Source: Stegostoma tigrinum (Eukaryota). Taken from it: 64,000 nucleotides of DNA. This document shows positions 1 through 11,786 of this stretch, one piece after another. The notes beneath the pieces were generated by a model. It searched no databases, was not told the DNA's origin, and worked only from the letters and a program-made list of their open reading frames with translations. Made by a program: the position numbers and the translations under genes. Location of the stretch: the NCBI RefSeq assembly GCF_030684315.1, contig NC_081369.1, positions 2,842,689 to 2,906,688 of the forward strand, in the 5' to 3' direction. How positions within the stretch are numbered: position 1 is the first letter of the stretch; each line of letters starts with the position of its first letter.

Positions 1-132
1 ATGTAAAGAGAGGGGGAGCCTACCTTCATCTCTTCAATGTGACTGTCCGGGACGCTGGAACATATTTCTGTGCAGTCAAAAATCAGCATCAAACGGTTGA
101 TAACAAACCCTCTGCGCAACTTGATGTCTACG
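1..132 (+). CDS. Gene A, Ig V-set exon (3' part only; 5' end outside window)
   Basis: Frame from nt 3: VKRGGAYLHLFNVTVRDAGTYFCAVKNQHQTVDNKPSAQLDVY, containing the V-set DxGxYxC motif; phase-1 donor G|GTTAGT at 132/133; paralogous to 34797-34926. Confidence 0.9.
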
Positions 133-384
133 GTTAGTGCAAACAGAGTTAAACGTTAACGTTTGGCTCCAATGAACGATGAATGTGTTAGCAAAAAATT
201 TTTTCGTAAACATATACAGTGCATATAAAAGCGTTCACTTCTTTGGAACCTTGTGTTCAACAATGTACACAACAAAAACACATCATAGTAACATTACACA
301 GTTCAGCAACTGCACTATGTCAGCAACTGGTTTTTAGTTATGGAGTGGAGAAAGCTAATGCAAAACTTTCATGTGAGGCACTTC

Positions 385-685
385 TTACAATGTGAGCTTG
401 GAGTAACGGAGTGAATTTGTCTGGAGCTTATTGGCAATATTAAGCATCTCTAAGGCTTTTGAGTAGGTTTGTAGCTCGGGTTGTGGATGTTGTGGTTTGT
501 TGGCTCTTCCAATTGGCTCGTTGTTCCGCAGACGTTTCATTACCCTGCTGGGGAACATCATCACTGTCTTTCCGGGAAAGGACAACAGTGCTTCATCGGA
601 GGCTACACCATCGATGTTCCCCAGCAGGGCAATAAAAAGTCTGCGGAACAACGAACCAGCTCGGCGAGCCAGCCAACCACAATGT
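385..685. mobile_element. Penelope-like element terminal fragment with inverted repeats
   Basis: TGGCTCGTTGTTCCGCAGAC (~514-533) is inverted at ~639-660; degenerate hammerhead core on the minus strand at 531-564; absent from the gene B intron. Confidence 0.55.
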
Positions 686-1255
686 TAAGCATTTTAAATG
701 TCCTTTTATTTTTAACTTTGAAAAGCCAAATTCCTATTCCCCTCGTTTAGATTGTGGCCGTCTCATTTTCTATGATCCAATTGCCAAACCGCTGATTGCG
801 AGGAGGGAGACAACGCAAATGTATTTGTATTGATTAAGAGATAACACAGGGTGGAACTGGAGGAACACAGCAGGCCAGGCAGCATCACTGGAGCAGGAAA
901 GTTGACGTTTCGGTCGGGGTTTACCCTTCCGAAAAAGGGGTCTCCTTCTTTGTGCTCCTCCAGCTCCACGCCGCGTTTATTTCTGATTCCAGAATCTGTA
1001 GTTCTTACTATCTCGTTGTATTAATTAATATGGACACAAGGTAGTATCCAATTTTGCTGAACGTGCAGGTAATGTACCAATTGCATTAGGACGTCGCGGC
1101 ATGAAAAATGTAATAACAACTCCCGCCACTATAAGTAATGACGATCATTGCAGCTGCCATATCCAGAAGTAACAGCTGGTTAGTTCATTAAATCATTTAA
1201 GTTTTGGTATAGAAGCCCAGTGTTCACATTTATGTGAATTTTATTTACAATACAG

Positions 1256-1561
1256 CTTCACCAGCTCCCCTAAACATTGTATTGATACGTTCCGAAGATC
1301 CTTCATCTGCTTCTTTCAAGCTGCAATGCAGAACATCTGGCTTTTATCCGGAATACTTTAACCTGACTTGGCACAGAAACGGGGCACAAATCTTCACTGG
1401 ATTTAGAAATGAAAAACAGGCAAAAGGCGAGGGACTTTATGAAGTGGTCAGCTCTTTGGACATACCAAATATACCGGAAAGTGACACAGTCTACATGTGT
1501 CATGTGTATCACGTTTCAAGCGCATTTCCAGCAAATGCCAGCTGCACTGTGACGAAAGACG
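1256..1561 (+). CDS. Gene A, Ig C1-set exon
   Basis: Acceptor TACAG|, donor G|GTAAGA, phase 1-1; LQCRTSGFYPEYFNLTW...YEVVSSL...YMCHVYH carries the C1 motifs CxxxGFYP, W and YxCxVxH. Confidence 0.93.
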
Positions 1562-2559
1562 GTAAGATTCTATGACACGATGTACGTTAATCTTTCAGAC
1601 ATTGTTTAAAAACGTTGACCGAGTAGAAAGTGGTTGCTAAATTCAGTTGCCTCCCTTATGTCAATCCCGAAATTTGACACGATTGTACAGTTAAGGGTTT
1701 CCTTACTGCAACTTATTCCGAAGGTGTGTGGTATATTGTTAGGTCAGATACTCCAATACAGGACATTCGTCATCGAGGGGTCCCGTAGTTTAAGTACATT
1801 ATGTTGCAATTTACTGTGAATAACTGGAAATCTTAAAGAGGGACAAAGAACTAGAGAGGAATATCAACACGTTATCCAGCACAGATGAGGCCGTTTGATC
1901 CATTGACTGCACTGTACCTATTTACATTCATCACACTTTCCAGCAATTAGCCCATAACCTTGAATTTTATGACAATTTAAATGCTCATCCACGTTCATTT
2001 CGTAAAGTTTTCCCATCTGTATTAACCCCCTCCCCCCCAACAGTACGTTCCTGATACTCAACACCTTCGCTGAAAAACTACTCCTCAGATTTCACTCTAA
2101 ACCTCTTGCCTTTCCCTGCCCAAATTATAACATCTCGTCGTTTGCCTTCAACTGAAGGCTACAGAGATAGTAGGAACTGCAGATGCTGAAAAATCTGAGA
2201 TAATAAGGTGTAGAGCTGGATAAACACAGCAGGGAAAGCAGCATCAGAGGACCAGGAAAGCTGACGTTTCGGGCAGACCCTCTTCTTCAGACCTTTTCTT
2301 CTTTCTGCAGAAGAGGCTGAGCCCGAAATGTCAGCTTTCCTGCTCTTCTGATGCTGCTTGGCCTGTTGTGTTCATCCAGCTTTACACCTTGTTGACTAAA
2401 AGGAACAGTTGCTTTTATTCCACCCTGCCCATTCCTTCATTATCGCAGGCACCTCAATCAGGATTCTCCTCAACCATCTCTGCTCCGAAGAAAACACTCC
2501 GTGTTTCTCCAAACTCTTCATGGCGAAAATGTTCCAAACCAGACAGCATCCTTGTAAAT

Positions 2560-2777
2560 GAGAGATAATGGGAACTGCAGATGCTGGAGATTCCAAGATA
2601 ATAAAATGTGAGGCTGGATGAACACAGCAGGCCAAGCAGCATCTCAGGAGCACAAAAGCTGACGTTTCGGGCCTAGACCCTCTCTGATGAAGGGTCTAGG
2701 CCCGAAACGTCAGCTTTTGTGCTCCTGAGATGCTGCTTGGCCTGCTGTGTTCATCCAGCCTCACATTTTATTATCTT
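2560..2777 (+). mobile_element. Penelope-derived short palindromic element with hammerhead core and 15-bp TSD
   Basis: Perfect 87-bp inverted arms 2595-2681 and 2691-2777; TSD AGCATCCTTGTAAAT at 2545-2559 and 2778-2792. Family members near 840-1010, 2165-2395, 3444-3630, 17360-17490, 25880-26215, 40570-40950, 43838-44068, 58156-58296. Confidence 0.85.
2684..2711 (+). ncRNA. Minimal hammerhead ribozyme motif
   Basis: CTGATGA - A - GGGTCTAGGCCC (helix II) - GAAAC - GTC; palindromic ACGT for a dimer-type helix III; helix I is weak. Confidence 0.55.
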
Positions 2778-2833
2778 AGCATCCTTGTAAATCTCCTCTT
2801 CACCCACCTCAGTGCAATCAAATCTATCTGTAT

Positions 2834-4020
2834 TGTTGGGCTGAAAGTATGTGGCAGATTATTTTTAAGCCTGATATGAAATGATTACAAGAAGATGTGC
2901 ACTCATTGTATAGATAATTTGTTTAGTTAATACTTCACACATTTATGAATTAATTGTCGCCATTTTAAATTACGGATAGACATTAAAGTGAAATGGTTCT
3001 GTTAAACTATTCAGAAATCTATTTTTAGAAGTGTTTTTCACACTGCCTTTTGGATCACGTGAGACTTTGGCGTTGGCAGCATTTGGAGCTCTGTCCCAGA
3101 TTCCATAGTGCCAGTTTCACGAACTCTAGCCCAATGGCGAAAGGTCAATGACCAAGGTAAAGCCGCTGATATTAAATTGTGTTTGAATCTGAATCTGAGA
3201 GGCATGGATAGAGTCGATAGCCAGAGACTTTTCCCCAGGGCAGGATTGACTGCCATGAGGGGTCATAGTTATAAGGTGTTCGGAGGAAGGTATAGAGGAG
3301 ATGTCAGAGGGAGATTCTTCACCCAGAGAGTTGTGAGCGCAATGAATAGTTTACCAGTGGAAGTCGTGGAAGCAGAGTCATTAGTGACATTTAAGCGACT
3401 GCTGGACATGCACATGGACAGCAGTGAATTGAGGGGAGTGTAGTGATAATGGGAACTGCAGATGCTGGAGAATCCAAGATAATAAAATGTGAGGCTGGAT
3501 GAACACAGCAGGCCCAGCAGCATCTCTGATGAGAACCTCTGATGAAGGGTCTAGGCCTGAAACGTCAGCTTTTGTGCTCCTGAGATGCTGCTGGGCCTGC
3601 TGTGTTCATCCAGCCTCACATTTTATTATCTGAGGGGAGCGTAGGTTAGGTTGTTTTATTTTTGGATTAGGATTATTCCACGGCACAACATCGTGGGCCA
3701 AAGGGCCTGTACTGTGCTGTACTTTTCTATGTTCTATGTTCTATGTTACACGCCATATCACCACTTCCAGTACTTTTCCACGTTTTCCGCTGTGCAGAAT
3801 AGAAGCTGAAAACATCTTTCATCGTGTCTTTTTAGCTGCACATTATTCTGTTCCCCACCCATCCAAGGTCATGTGGGTACCTCCCAACCAAAGAAGGCCG
3901 TTTTTACGCGAAACCTGTAATTTTGCACTTGTCTTCAATTGCTGATTTTCATGTCCAATTAACACTTAATGATTAGCCCTGAATAGTCTGGTTTCAACAT
4001 TTTTTTTATTGCACACTACA
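2834..4020 (-). repeat. 3' LTR of ERV copy 1 (interrupted by CR1 at ~3196-3745)
   Basis: Direct similarity to 8224-9056 and 36845-37479; on the minus strand it starts TGTAGTG after PPT-like ATCAGAGTGGTC and ends AACA. Confidence 0.7.
3196..3745 (+). mobile_element. CR1 LINE 3' end
   Basis: RGMDRVDSQRLFP...RGRFFTQRVV; (TTCTATG)n tail. Confidence 0.85.
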
Positions 4021-7000
4021 GACCACTCTGATATTTTCAAGATAGATCATCAAAACCTTATTCAAGCATGTACATATTGCTCAATAGATTCAACTTGGTT
4101 ATACATGTGGTATAGTTTACAGACCATTACACACGTGCATAAAAAATGAAAAAAAATTAACAATATTGTAACAAGGGTGATACCATAAGAGTGAGAGTAC
4201 TGCTGAAGCTTTTGGTAACTGTTGCTGAAATATGACCCTCTAATGATGCGTAGTAAAGGTTCCGCAGTTGTCTACTTTGCGAATGAATTGAGCATGGCAG
4301 CAAGTCATGGCAGTTTCGTGCTGTAAAAGTCATGGTGTGCTTCTGCCAGTGGGAACCAATCTGCAGGACAGCCTGCTGTTTCTTAAAGATCACATGTGGA
4401 GATACCAGACTCAATTGGCTAGTGAAGTTATAGTGAAGTTATAGTGAAGTTACACAGTTATAGTTTCCTATTCTTTGATAATGTGTCTTCATTTCTAATT
4501 TCATCATAGATAACGCACATTTTGTCCCTAAGTAGGCTGGCGGATGTTTCCTCTCTTTTATCATTAAATTTTATGACACAATGTGAGTGCTGATTGCACG
4601 CTTGCGGGTCAGGTCAGTTTCATGGATGATCGAGTCATTAACGGTAACTTCCTGCGCGAATATCCCTGCCTTGATGCAACAATACAAAACATGCTTGAAA
4701 GGTAGAAGGATATAAAAGGCATGCTAAGCTTTCTGGGGCTTTGTTACTATAAGGTCTAGTTGCTGTTATGCAGCTATTTGCCTGAAAGTGAGCATATCCC
4801 CAAACAGATGAGGTCGGGTGCTGAACGGGAACCACAATTACTGTTGTGTGCTGTTTAAAATCACAAGAACGGCATTAGATGCTGTGACATTGCAATTGCT
4901 CTATAGCACATCAGGCATAAGTGTTCAGTTAGTAAATGGTGAGGTGAAAAAAATTTCTAATACAGCAGCTGTACGGATAGCAATACTTTGGTTAATTGAT
5001 GTCACTGTGCGAAAACTATACAGTTCGAGCAGATTACAATGTACTCAGTTAGTTTCGGCAGGTAGATTCATCTGGGCGTGATACATTTCCAAAACAGCAT
5101 TTTCAGCAAAAGTCCATACCATGCCGTTCAAAAACCAATTTGCTAAGTCTCTATGGACTAATTATTTGGTCACCGCAACGAATAGTTTAATAGGTTCCTC
5201 AGTTATTTGCCCAGTTTTAGCAATTTTATGTTTGGAGCCTCAACACCCATGGAAGTTAGCAGACCTATTCCTACTTCTGATCAATATAGAACAGTGAAGA
5301 GTACATCCCTCCTGCCTTACCTCTAATGTTAACGGTGTGTTTACAGAGCGGCAATGAGAAGGTAATTTTTCCATTGTTCATCTCCACTGTCAAAATTAAA
5401 ACAATATCCTGTTTGAACACAAGGGTACAGACTATTGGAGTACTACTGGAGATGGGGTAATTGAATTGTACTTAATGGACCTGGATTTATGGCCCACCAA
5501 GACGGTTTACACCCCTTTTATCTCTCGAGCATTTTGACACAACAGCTACTCAACCCGCATACGAGCCACTGCCAGGCAACATCTCCCTTCGGCGCTGTGT
5601 CCCAAGATTTCAGTAAGAAACCAGTCCTGTGGTGAGTTCTAATTAGGTTAAGTGAGGCACATGCCTGCTTCAATAAGACAGCATCGCCACAAAGCTTTGG
5701 GCCATTTCTTTAGCAGTCCAGGCCTGCACCTCACTGATTTTATTTCTCATATTGTCAGGAATCACACGCTCTCCCCGGCCCATTGTATTCTCAGCAAAAT
5801 AACACACCGGCTTGGTCCCTGGATTTTCTTAGGATTAATTTCTCTGCCTTTATTCTTGAGATGCTAAATCAAAGTTGCTATGTCTTTGGCTATTGCTTCC
5901 ATTGAAGGGCGATGTAGCAATATATCATCAATATAAAGGGTTAACTCTCGCTGGAGAGAGGGGACATCTCCAGATCCTATTAAACCATGGCAGAGAGTTG
6001 GAATGTGCAAGGAGCCCTGTGCAACCCACAAACCGAGTGCTGTCCTCCCACCTGTGTGAAAGCAAACTGATTTTGTGAATTCTTATCAAGGAAATGAAAA
6101 TATTTGAGAGGTAGATTCCAGCAAACCATTCATCAACTCCCAACGACAGTGGCTCCGGTAATGTTACAATCTCTGGGAGAGCCAATGTCAATGCTGGGGT
6201 GTGTTGGTTTAACTGTCAGCCATCTACCATCATTCTCCAGTTACTACCTGGTTTCTGCACTGACCATGCAAGGCAGTTATACAGGAAGACAGCAGGTCAT
6301 ACAACTCTTGCTTTCACTGACCCTTCAATAGTATCTGCGATCTCCTTGTGTCTTCAATACTGCTTGCCGTTAACATTTCGCAAAGGGAGTGAAATGTATT
6401 GGGTTTTCCACTTAGCTTTCCCAACCACGACATTCATCCTTTATACATCAAAACAAGACGTTCCTGTTAGAGTCCATACTCCCATTCCCCTAACAACAAT
6501 TGCACCAGAGCCTGCACCCTCGGTCTTTCTGCTCTCTCAAACCTATTAAAAGTGATTTTATTTCCCGCATGTCTAGACCATAGCAAGCCAGGCCGCAATG
6601 TGCTGTTTATTTCCATTTCTCCAATGAATTGCGATTGGGATGTGTGATCTCTCTACCGTTGAGTCGACTCCCCCTTTTGGTCGCATCTCAGTGTTCTGGC
6701 CACCTTCTCAGTCTCGGGGATTATTCACTCTCCACATCTGCTCCAGGTCCTCTCATGTAGGGTACAGAAGGAACTCTGATATATCCTTTTAATATTTTTT
6801 TCTGGGAAGTAGCATCTAAATCAGAATTGGGTCCTCACAGCATGGGAGGGGTCGATGTCCCCTTTTGTCCCTGACCGGATTTACCAATATTTTTTCCAGA
6901 GGGAACACATAACACTGATGGTGATACCATGCATTTTCTGTCTATTTCAGACCTGTCTGTGCCTGTTTTCCACACAGCAGCAAAGATCTCATTTTGCTGA

Positions 7001-8223
7001 TTTTCTTTTTTTGTTTCCTGTCCTTCCCTGGGTTTCCCTTGTTACCGCTCTCCTGCATTATGCTTGGCGCACTTCCGCATCCACTAACTGTCCAAACAAC
7101 ATTACAACTTCACCGAATGGTCTGCCCTGAGCTCGCCCCAACATTGCCAGCAGCGTCCCTCTGAGATGCGTGGCACGATCTGGATTCTCATTCGGGTTGC
7201 GAAAGCTTCCGGGTCCGGTTGCAAATCGTTTGTACACTCTCCTGTTTGTCTCAATCAGGCACTTCCCTGTGATATTGTACGGCATGGTACAATTTCCTGC
7301 TCCCAATCCATGGTGTCCAGGTAAGTAATTCTGACTGCTACACGTGTACATGCAGCTAATGTTCCAGGCCCATAGGCCTATATAGAACATTATATGTGGC
7401 TTCATTTGAAAGAAAGTCTCCAATATTCTGGAGTCCCTCATTATTGAGAAACATTAGACACGCACAGGGCCCCAAAGCGGGTTAATCCAGCTCCCAGTGC
7501 CCTACTTTTTGATGGAATATTTTTCCCAAATCCTGCAATCCTGTCAGTGGGTAACCCGGCACAATGCGAGCATGCTGTGGCGGGGTGGGGGGGGGGGCGG
7601 TTGCTGCTGGCCGCGCCCTTTAGCTGTATTAGTTACTAACTGGCGCGCCGAGGGGGCATAATATCACCGTTAGAGTCTCCTTCCCATCAGTCCCCTCGTA
7701 CTCCGAATGGACGAATATCACTCTCAGTGATCGGGGACCCGATCAGTTGAAGCGAATAAAAAGGGCACTTGAGCTAGATTCACTTTCCAGTTTCTTTTTC
7801 CCGGTTCGCCCGCTTTTTGTGCTGGACTGTGGCCAATTTGCAGGTTCTGCCGGTCTGCTTCTTCTCAACTTTATGCGCGCTTTCCTGAGCAGTCCGAGCC
7901 ACCGTCGCCAGCCCAGCGGTCAATGTACCATTCGCCTCCTTTCAATCTCGCACCTCCCGGGGCAGCATACGGGAGGCCACTCAGTAGGATCCACCCCATG
8001 TGGGTGACACCCTTGATTTGCTTTGGGAAACCTACTTCCCTCAGACAGCCCTTCATGGCACAGAGTCATCCTTTGGGATTCTGCTCTAAATTATTTTGTC
8101 TGCTACAACCAACCTAACCCATTGAATTAATCACGAAAGGACCATCCCAGGACACCGAATGTTCTTCAAACTATCATTTTCTTGAACGTTTTGCTCAGAT
8201 GCTGCTCGCATAGCCTAATATTT

Positions 8224-9056
8224 TGTTCAGCCGAAAGTCCCTAACTGGTTCTTGTAGGTCTGATCAAGAAAATGCGTGCACTTCAGTAGAAAGCTAATTA
8301 TAGGGTTGAAATATTTCACATATATATGAATTAGTAAAGTGAGTCTATTCGATATATAGTTCAATACATATATAAAAGCTAAATCGTGAGTTTAAATGAC
8401 TGAGATGTACATTAACGATGCGAGTCTCACACTGCCTCTCTGCTCCTTGGGGAGTTTGGCGATGGCTGTACTTGGAGCTCGATCTCCGGTTCCACGGCAC
8501 CTGGCTCACGCCCAACAATGAAAGTTTATTGACTGGGGCTAAGTCCACCGACATTAATACTATTCTGAATCTAATGTTACACGCTGTTTTACTGTTTTCA
8601 AGTGTCTTTAGTGGTTTTCCAGGCATTCCGCTGTGCAAAAACAAAAAATGATATGGAGGTGCCAGTGTTGGAGTGGGGTGGAGACGAAGTCAGAAGTCAC
8701 ACAGACCACGATATAGCCCAACAGATTCATTTGAAATCACAAGCTTTCTAAGCGCTGCTGTTTGGTCAGGTCCTCTTCACCTGATGAAGGCGCAGCTGTT
8801 GGAAAGCTTGTGATTCCAAAACAAAACGTGTTGGACTATAACCTAGCGTCTTATGACTTCTAACAAAAACTAAAACATTTCCAAAGTGGATCTTTTTTAA
8901 CTGCGCAATAGCATTCCCCTCCAAGCCAAAAGAAGCTGTTTTGCCATAACCTTGCGTTCTTCCATTTGCCTTCAATTGTACATTTTCATGTCCAATTAAC
9001 CTTTGAGGCTTAACTCTTATGGTCTGTTTTGGAAATGCTTTAAGCAAAACACTTAG
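8224..9056 (-). repeat. 5' LTR of ERV copy 1 (with Penelope-type insert at ~8650-8865)
   Basis: Blocks such as CTTCAATTG..ATTTTCATGTCCAATTAAC are shared with 3933-3963; followed on the minus strand by a degenerate tRNA-Ser-like PBS (TAGGCTATGCGAGCAGC, 8217-8201). Confidence 0.68.
8777..8813 (+). ncRNA. Minimal hammerhead ribozyme motif, second family (degenerate helix II)
   Basis: TCAC-CTGATGA-...-GAAAGCTT-GTGA; helix I TCAC/GTGA, palindromic AAGCTT. Confidence 0.45.
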
Positions 9057-9559
9057 GATAGTATGGTGACCCGAAACGCTCACAGTGCTCAAGCTGTGGT
9101 CTAAGCAAAGTCCTGTAAAACGTCAACCTCGTCTCCTTGCTCTTATAAATCTACACCGTCACTGGTAAGACCATATGCCACGTTTGTCTTCTTAACCACC
9201 CTGTTGAACTGCCCTGTTACCTTCAGGGACCCGTGGACAGAAGTCCAGACCTTTCCTGTTCGTCTGAGCTCTTTGTCTCACGCCGTTCAGTGAGAATCCC
9301 CGTCTTGTTACTTCTTCCAAAGACCGCTGAATACCTTCACACACGTTCAGAGTGCGATGTAGGCAAGGGTGTACCCATTCATCCCAAAATTCAACAGAGT
9401 CTAGTAGATCTTCTGATTGCATTGCGATATTGTTTACTGGGAGCACATTTATTGCCCATATGCAATTGCCAAGAGCGCAGTTTACAATCATCCAATTTTC
9501 AGTGAGTCACATGTAAGACAGTTAACATTGGCAGAATTATTTCCAAGAGGATCAGGCCA

Positions 9560-10085
9560 TACAGTCATAGAGATGTACAACACAGAAACAGACATTTCAT
9601 TTCAACTTCTCCATGCAGACCAGACATCCTAAATAAACTTTGTCCCATGCGCCACCATTTGGCATATATGCCTCCAAACCATTCCTCAAGATGCCTTTTA
9701 AATGTTGTAATTGTACCAGCCTGTACCACATCTTCTGGCAGTTCATTCTAACCATGCATCGCCCTCTGCATGAGAAAGTTACTCCTTCGGTCCGTTTTAA
9801 ATCTTTCCCCTCTTACCTTAAACCAATGCCCTACAGCTTAGGACTCCGCCACACTGGGAAAAGTACCTTGACTATTTACCCTATCCATGGCCCTCGCAGT
9901 TTTACAAGCGCCTGTAAGGTCCATAAGGTCACTCCTCAGCTTCTGCGGTTCCAGAGAAGATAGCCCCAGACTATTCAGCCTCCCTCTGTAGCTCAAACCG
10001 TCCAAACCTGGCAATATTCTAATATATCTTTTTCCAAATGCTTTGAAGTTGAACAGCATGTTTCCTGTAGCATGGAGACCGGTAG
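9560..10085 (-). mobile_element. CR1 LINE 3' fragment
   Basis: ILPGLDGLSYRGRLNSLGLSSLE; paralog at ~42310-42840. Confidence 0.8.
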
Positions 10086-10610
10086 TTTTACGACAAATGC
10101 CATTCCGGGTTTTTATTGAATTCAAATTTCACCATTGCACTGGTGGCATTAAAATCTACTTGCCAAGAGCTTGTAGCTCGCTCTTGTTAGTCCAGTGAAG
10201 TACAAGTATGCAATTGCCTCCCCTCAACAGTTAGATTGGATGCACATGGAGAAAGATTTCCTTTGAAAAGGTGTCAATTAATTTGTGCTCCAAAGTGAAT
10301 CTCAAAGAACGTCATCCCATTATAACTGTTATCTGATCTGAACTGTTTTTATTTGAATATTACCAGTGTTGGATATATTAATTATCTTTATTGCTTCATC
10401 TGCCTTTCTTTCTCCACATTCTTATGGTTTGCCCTCTGTATCTAACTGCATTTAGGAACGCTGAGGGGAGAAATTGACATGTGAAATTTCATGTACAGTA
10501 GCAAAATATTTACAGGGCAGTTTAATGGGAAACAAAGCATGTATTATTTAAATTTGTACGTCTTGATTTCCAATACAATTTCTCATTTTAATGCTGTGTT
10601 ATTCTAATAG

Positions 10611-10724
10611 ATTTTGCCTCTAAAATCAGTATTCCTGTTGTTGCTGGATGTTCCACTGGAGCACTTGCAATTCTATTGTGCACAGCGGCGATTGTCAAGT
10701 GTCGTCTATTCATTATAGCTAAAG
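10611..10724 (+). CDS. Gene A, transmembrane exon (uncharged TM)
   Basis: AATAG| ... G|GTATGA, phase 1-1; DFASKISIPVVAGCSTGALAILLCTAAIVKCRLFIIAK; conserved at 43404-43517. Confidence 0.85.
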
Positions 10725-11162
10725 GTATGAACAATGATAGGCATTCTAAATGAAATAACTTGCATACAAGCATTGAATAAACAACCTGAAGTGCATGTAC
10801 ACAATGAGGTAATGAAATCTGACTCGTTCAGTTAAATTAAATATGTGTTGTAAAAGTATTTGAAAACATTTGTGTCACTTCAACCTTGCATTGCATATTC
10901 AGATTCATAGCTTTAGTATGCTAATGCCTATCTTTTCAGATCTGAAGTTAGTCCAGTGAATTTCACTGATGAAGTAATATTTTCACTGTGTCAACACAAA
11001 CTAAATAATGTTACTTGTGCTCAACATTTTGAGATACACCCTGAATCTAGTTAACCTCTTATACATTTTGTCTATGTGAATGGCATGGCATTTTGCCATC
11101 AGACTGATGAACGCAAACATCACACCTTTCTTGACAATTAATGCCAAATTTATTGTCACTAG

Positions 11163-11206
11163 GTTCAAAGGAAGAAACAAGAAATCCTACTAAGCACAAA
11201 GATGAG
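11163..11206 (+). CDS. Gene A, cytoplasmic exon 1
   Basis: CACTAG| ... GAG|GTAAGG, phase 1-0; GSKEETRNPTKHKDE; paralog at 44178-44221. Confidence 0.8.
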
Positions 11207-11786
11207 GTAAGGTCTCCAGCCATCGACTTTGCTTCAAAATTTATCTGAATGATTCAGAGACTGCAATCAAAAAAAATCTGTTCTGTAAAACTACGTAAAA
11301 ATCTATCTGGATGGAGGTGAAAAGTTTTATTATCATGACCAAATTAGCCTTTAATATGAAAGGAACACAGAGAAAGAAATGCCTGGAAGTATTAGTCACT
11401 GAGAACTATCCTACTTACAATGAATATATCCATCATTGTACAGTCATTCATGTTTCAAGATTCTCTTACAATGTTATTGATTATCTTTTGTCACATGTTG
11501 GTGGATGGACATAGTTATGTAGTCTATTCCTCAACAAAACTGCTCCAGAAAAGTATACCTACCACACTCTTAAAGTCATCCTTCACAGCCTTTGCACTCG
11601 TTAATATGTCTTGATTGAATCCAGCCATGATTGTTGCAAAACCTATGTACTGCACTTCACTGATCTCTTTATTTTGCCTATGCATCACCTTACTACTGGT
11701 GTTTGTGGCTTATAAGCTTCTGCCAATGTTTCCTCTGCTTGATGTTGCTTAGCTCCATGAAAGCAGATTCCTCATTTCATTTTACA

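Larger units (their letters stand above)
2834..9056 (-). mobile_element. Degenerate class III (ERV-L/ERV-S-like) endogenous retrovirus, copy 1, nested in a CR1
   Basis: Diverged LTR pair; gag ~8060-6700; protease region ~6650-6380; RT ~6360-5645 (WSVQKPGSNWRMMVD, ALPEIV, LYIDDI, EINPKKIQGPS, HVPHL); env ~5625-4040. The flanks join into one continuous antisense CR1. Confidence 0.85.

Noticed and set aside
2560-2777. CRISPR array, DNA-transposon MITE or miRNA gene
   Set aside because: The context is eukaryotic, the copies are dispersed, the TSDs are long and variable, and the termini are shared with GIY-YIG fragments, all pointing to a Penelope-derived retroelement.
4420-4452. 11-nt tandem repeat (TAGTGAAGTTA x3)
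   Set aside because: Local slippage within the decayed env; absent from copy 2; no functional evidence.
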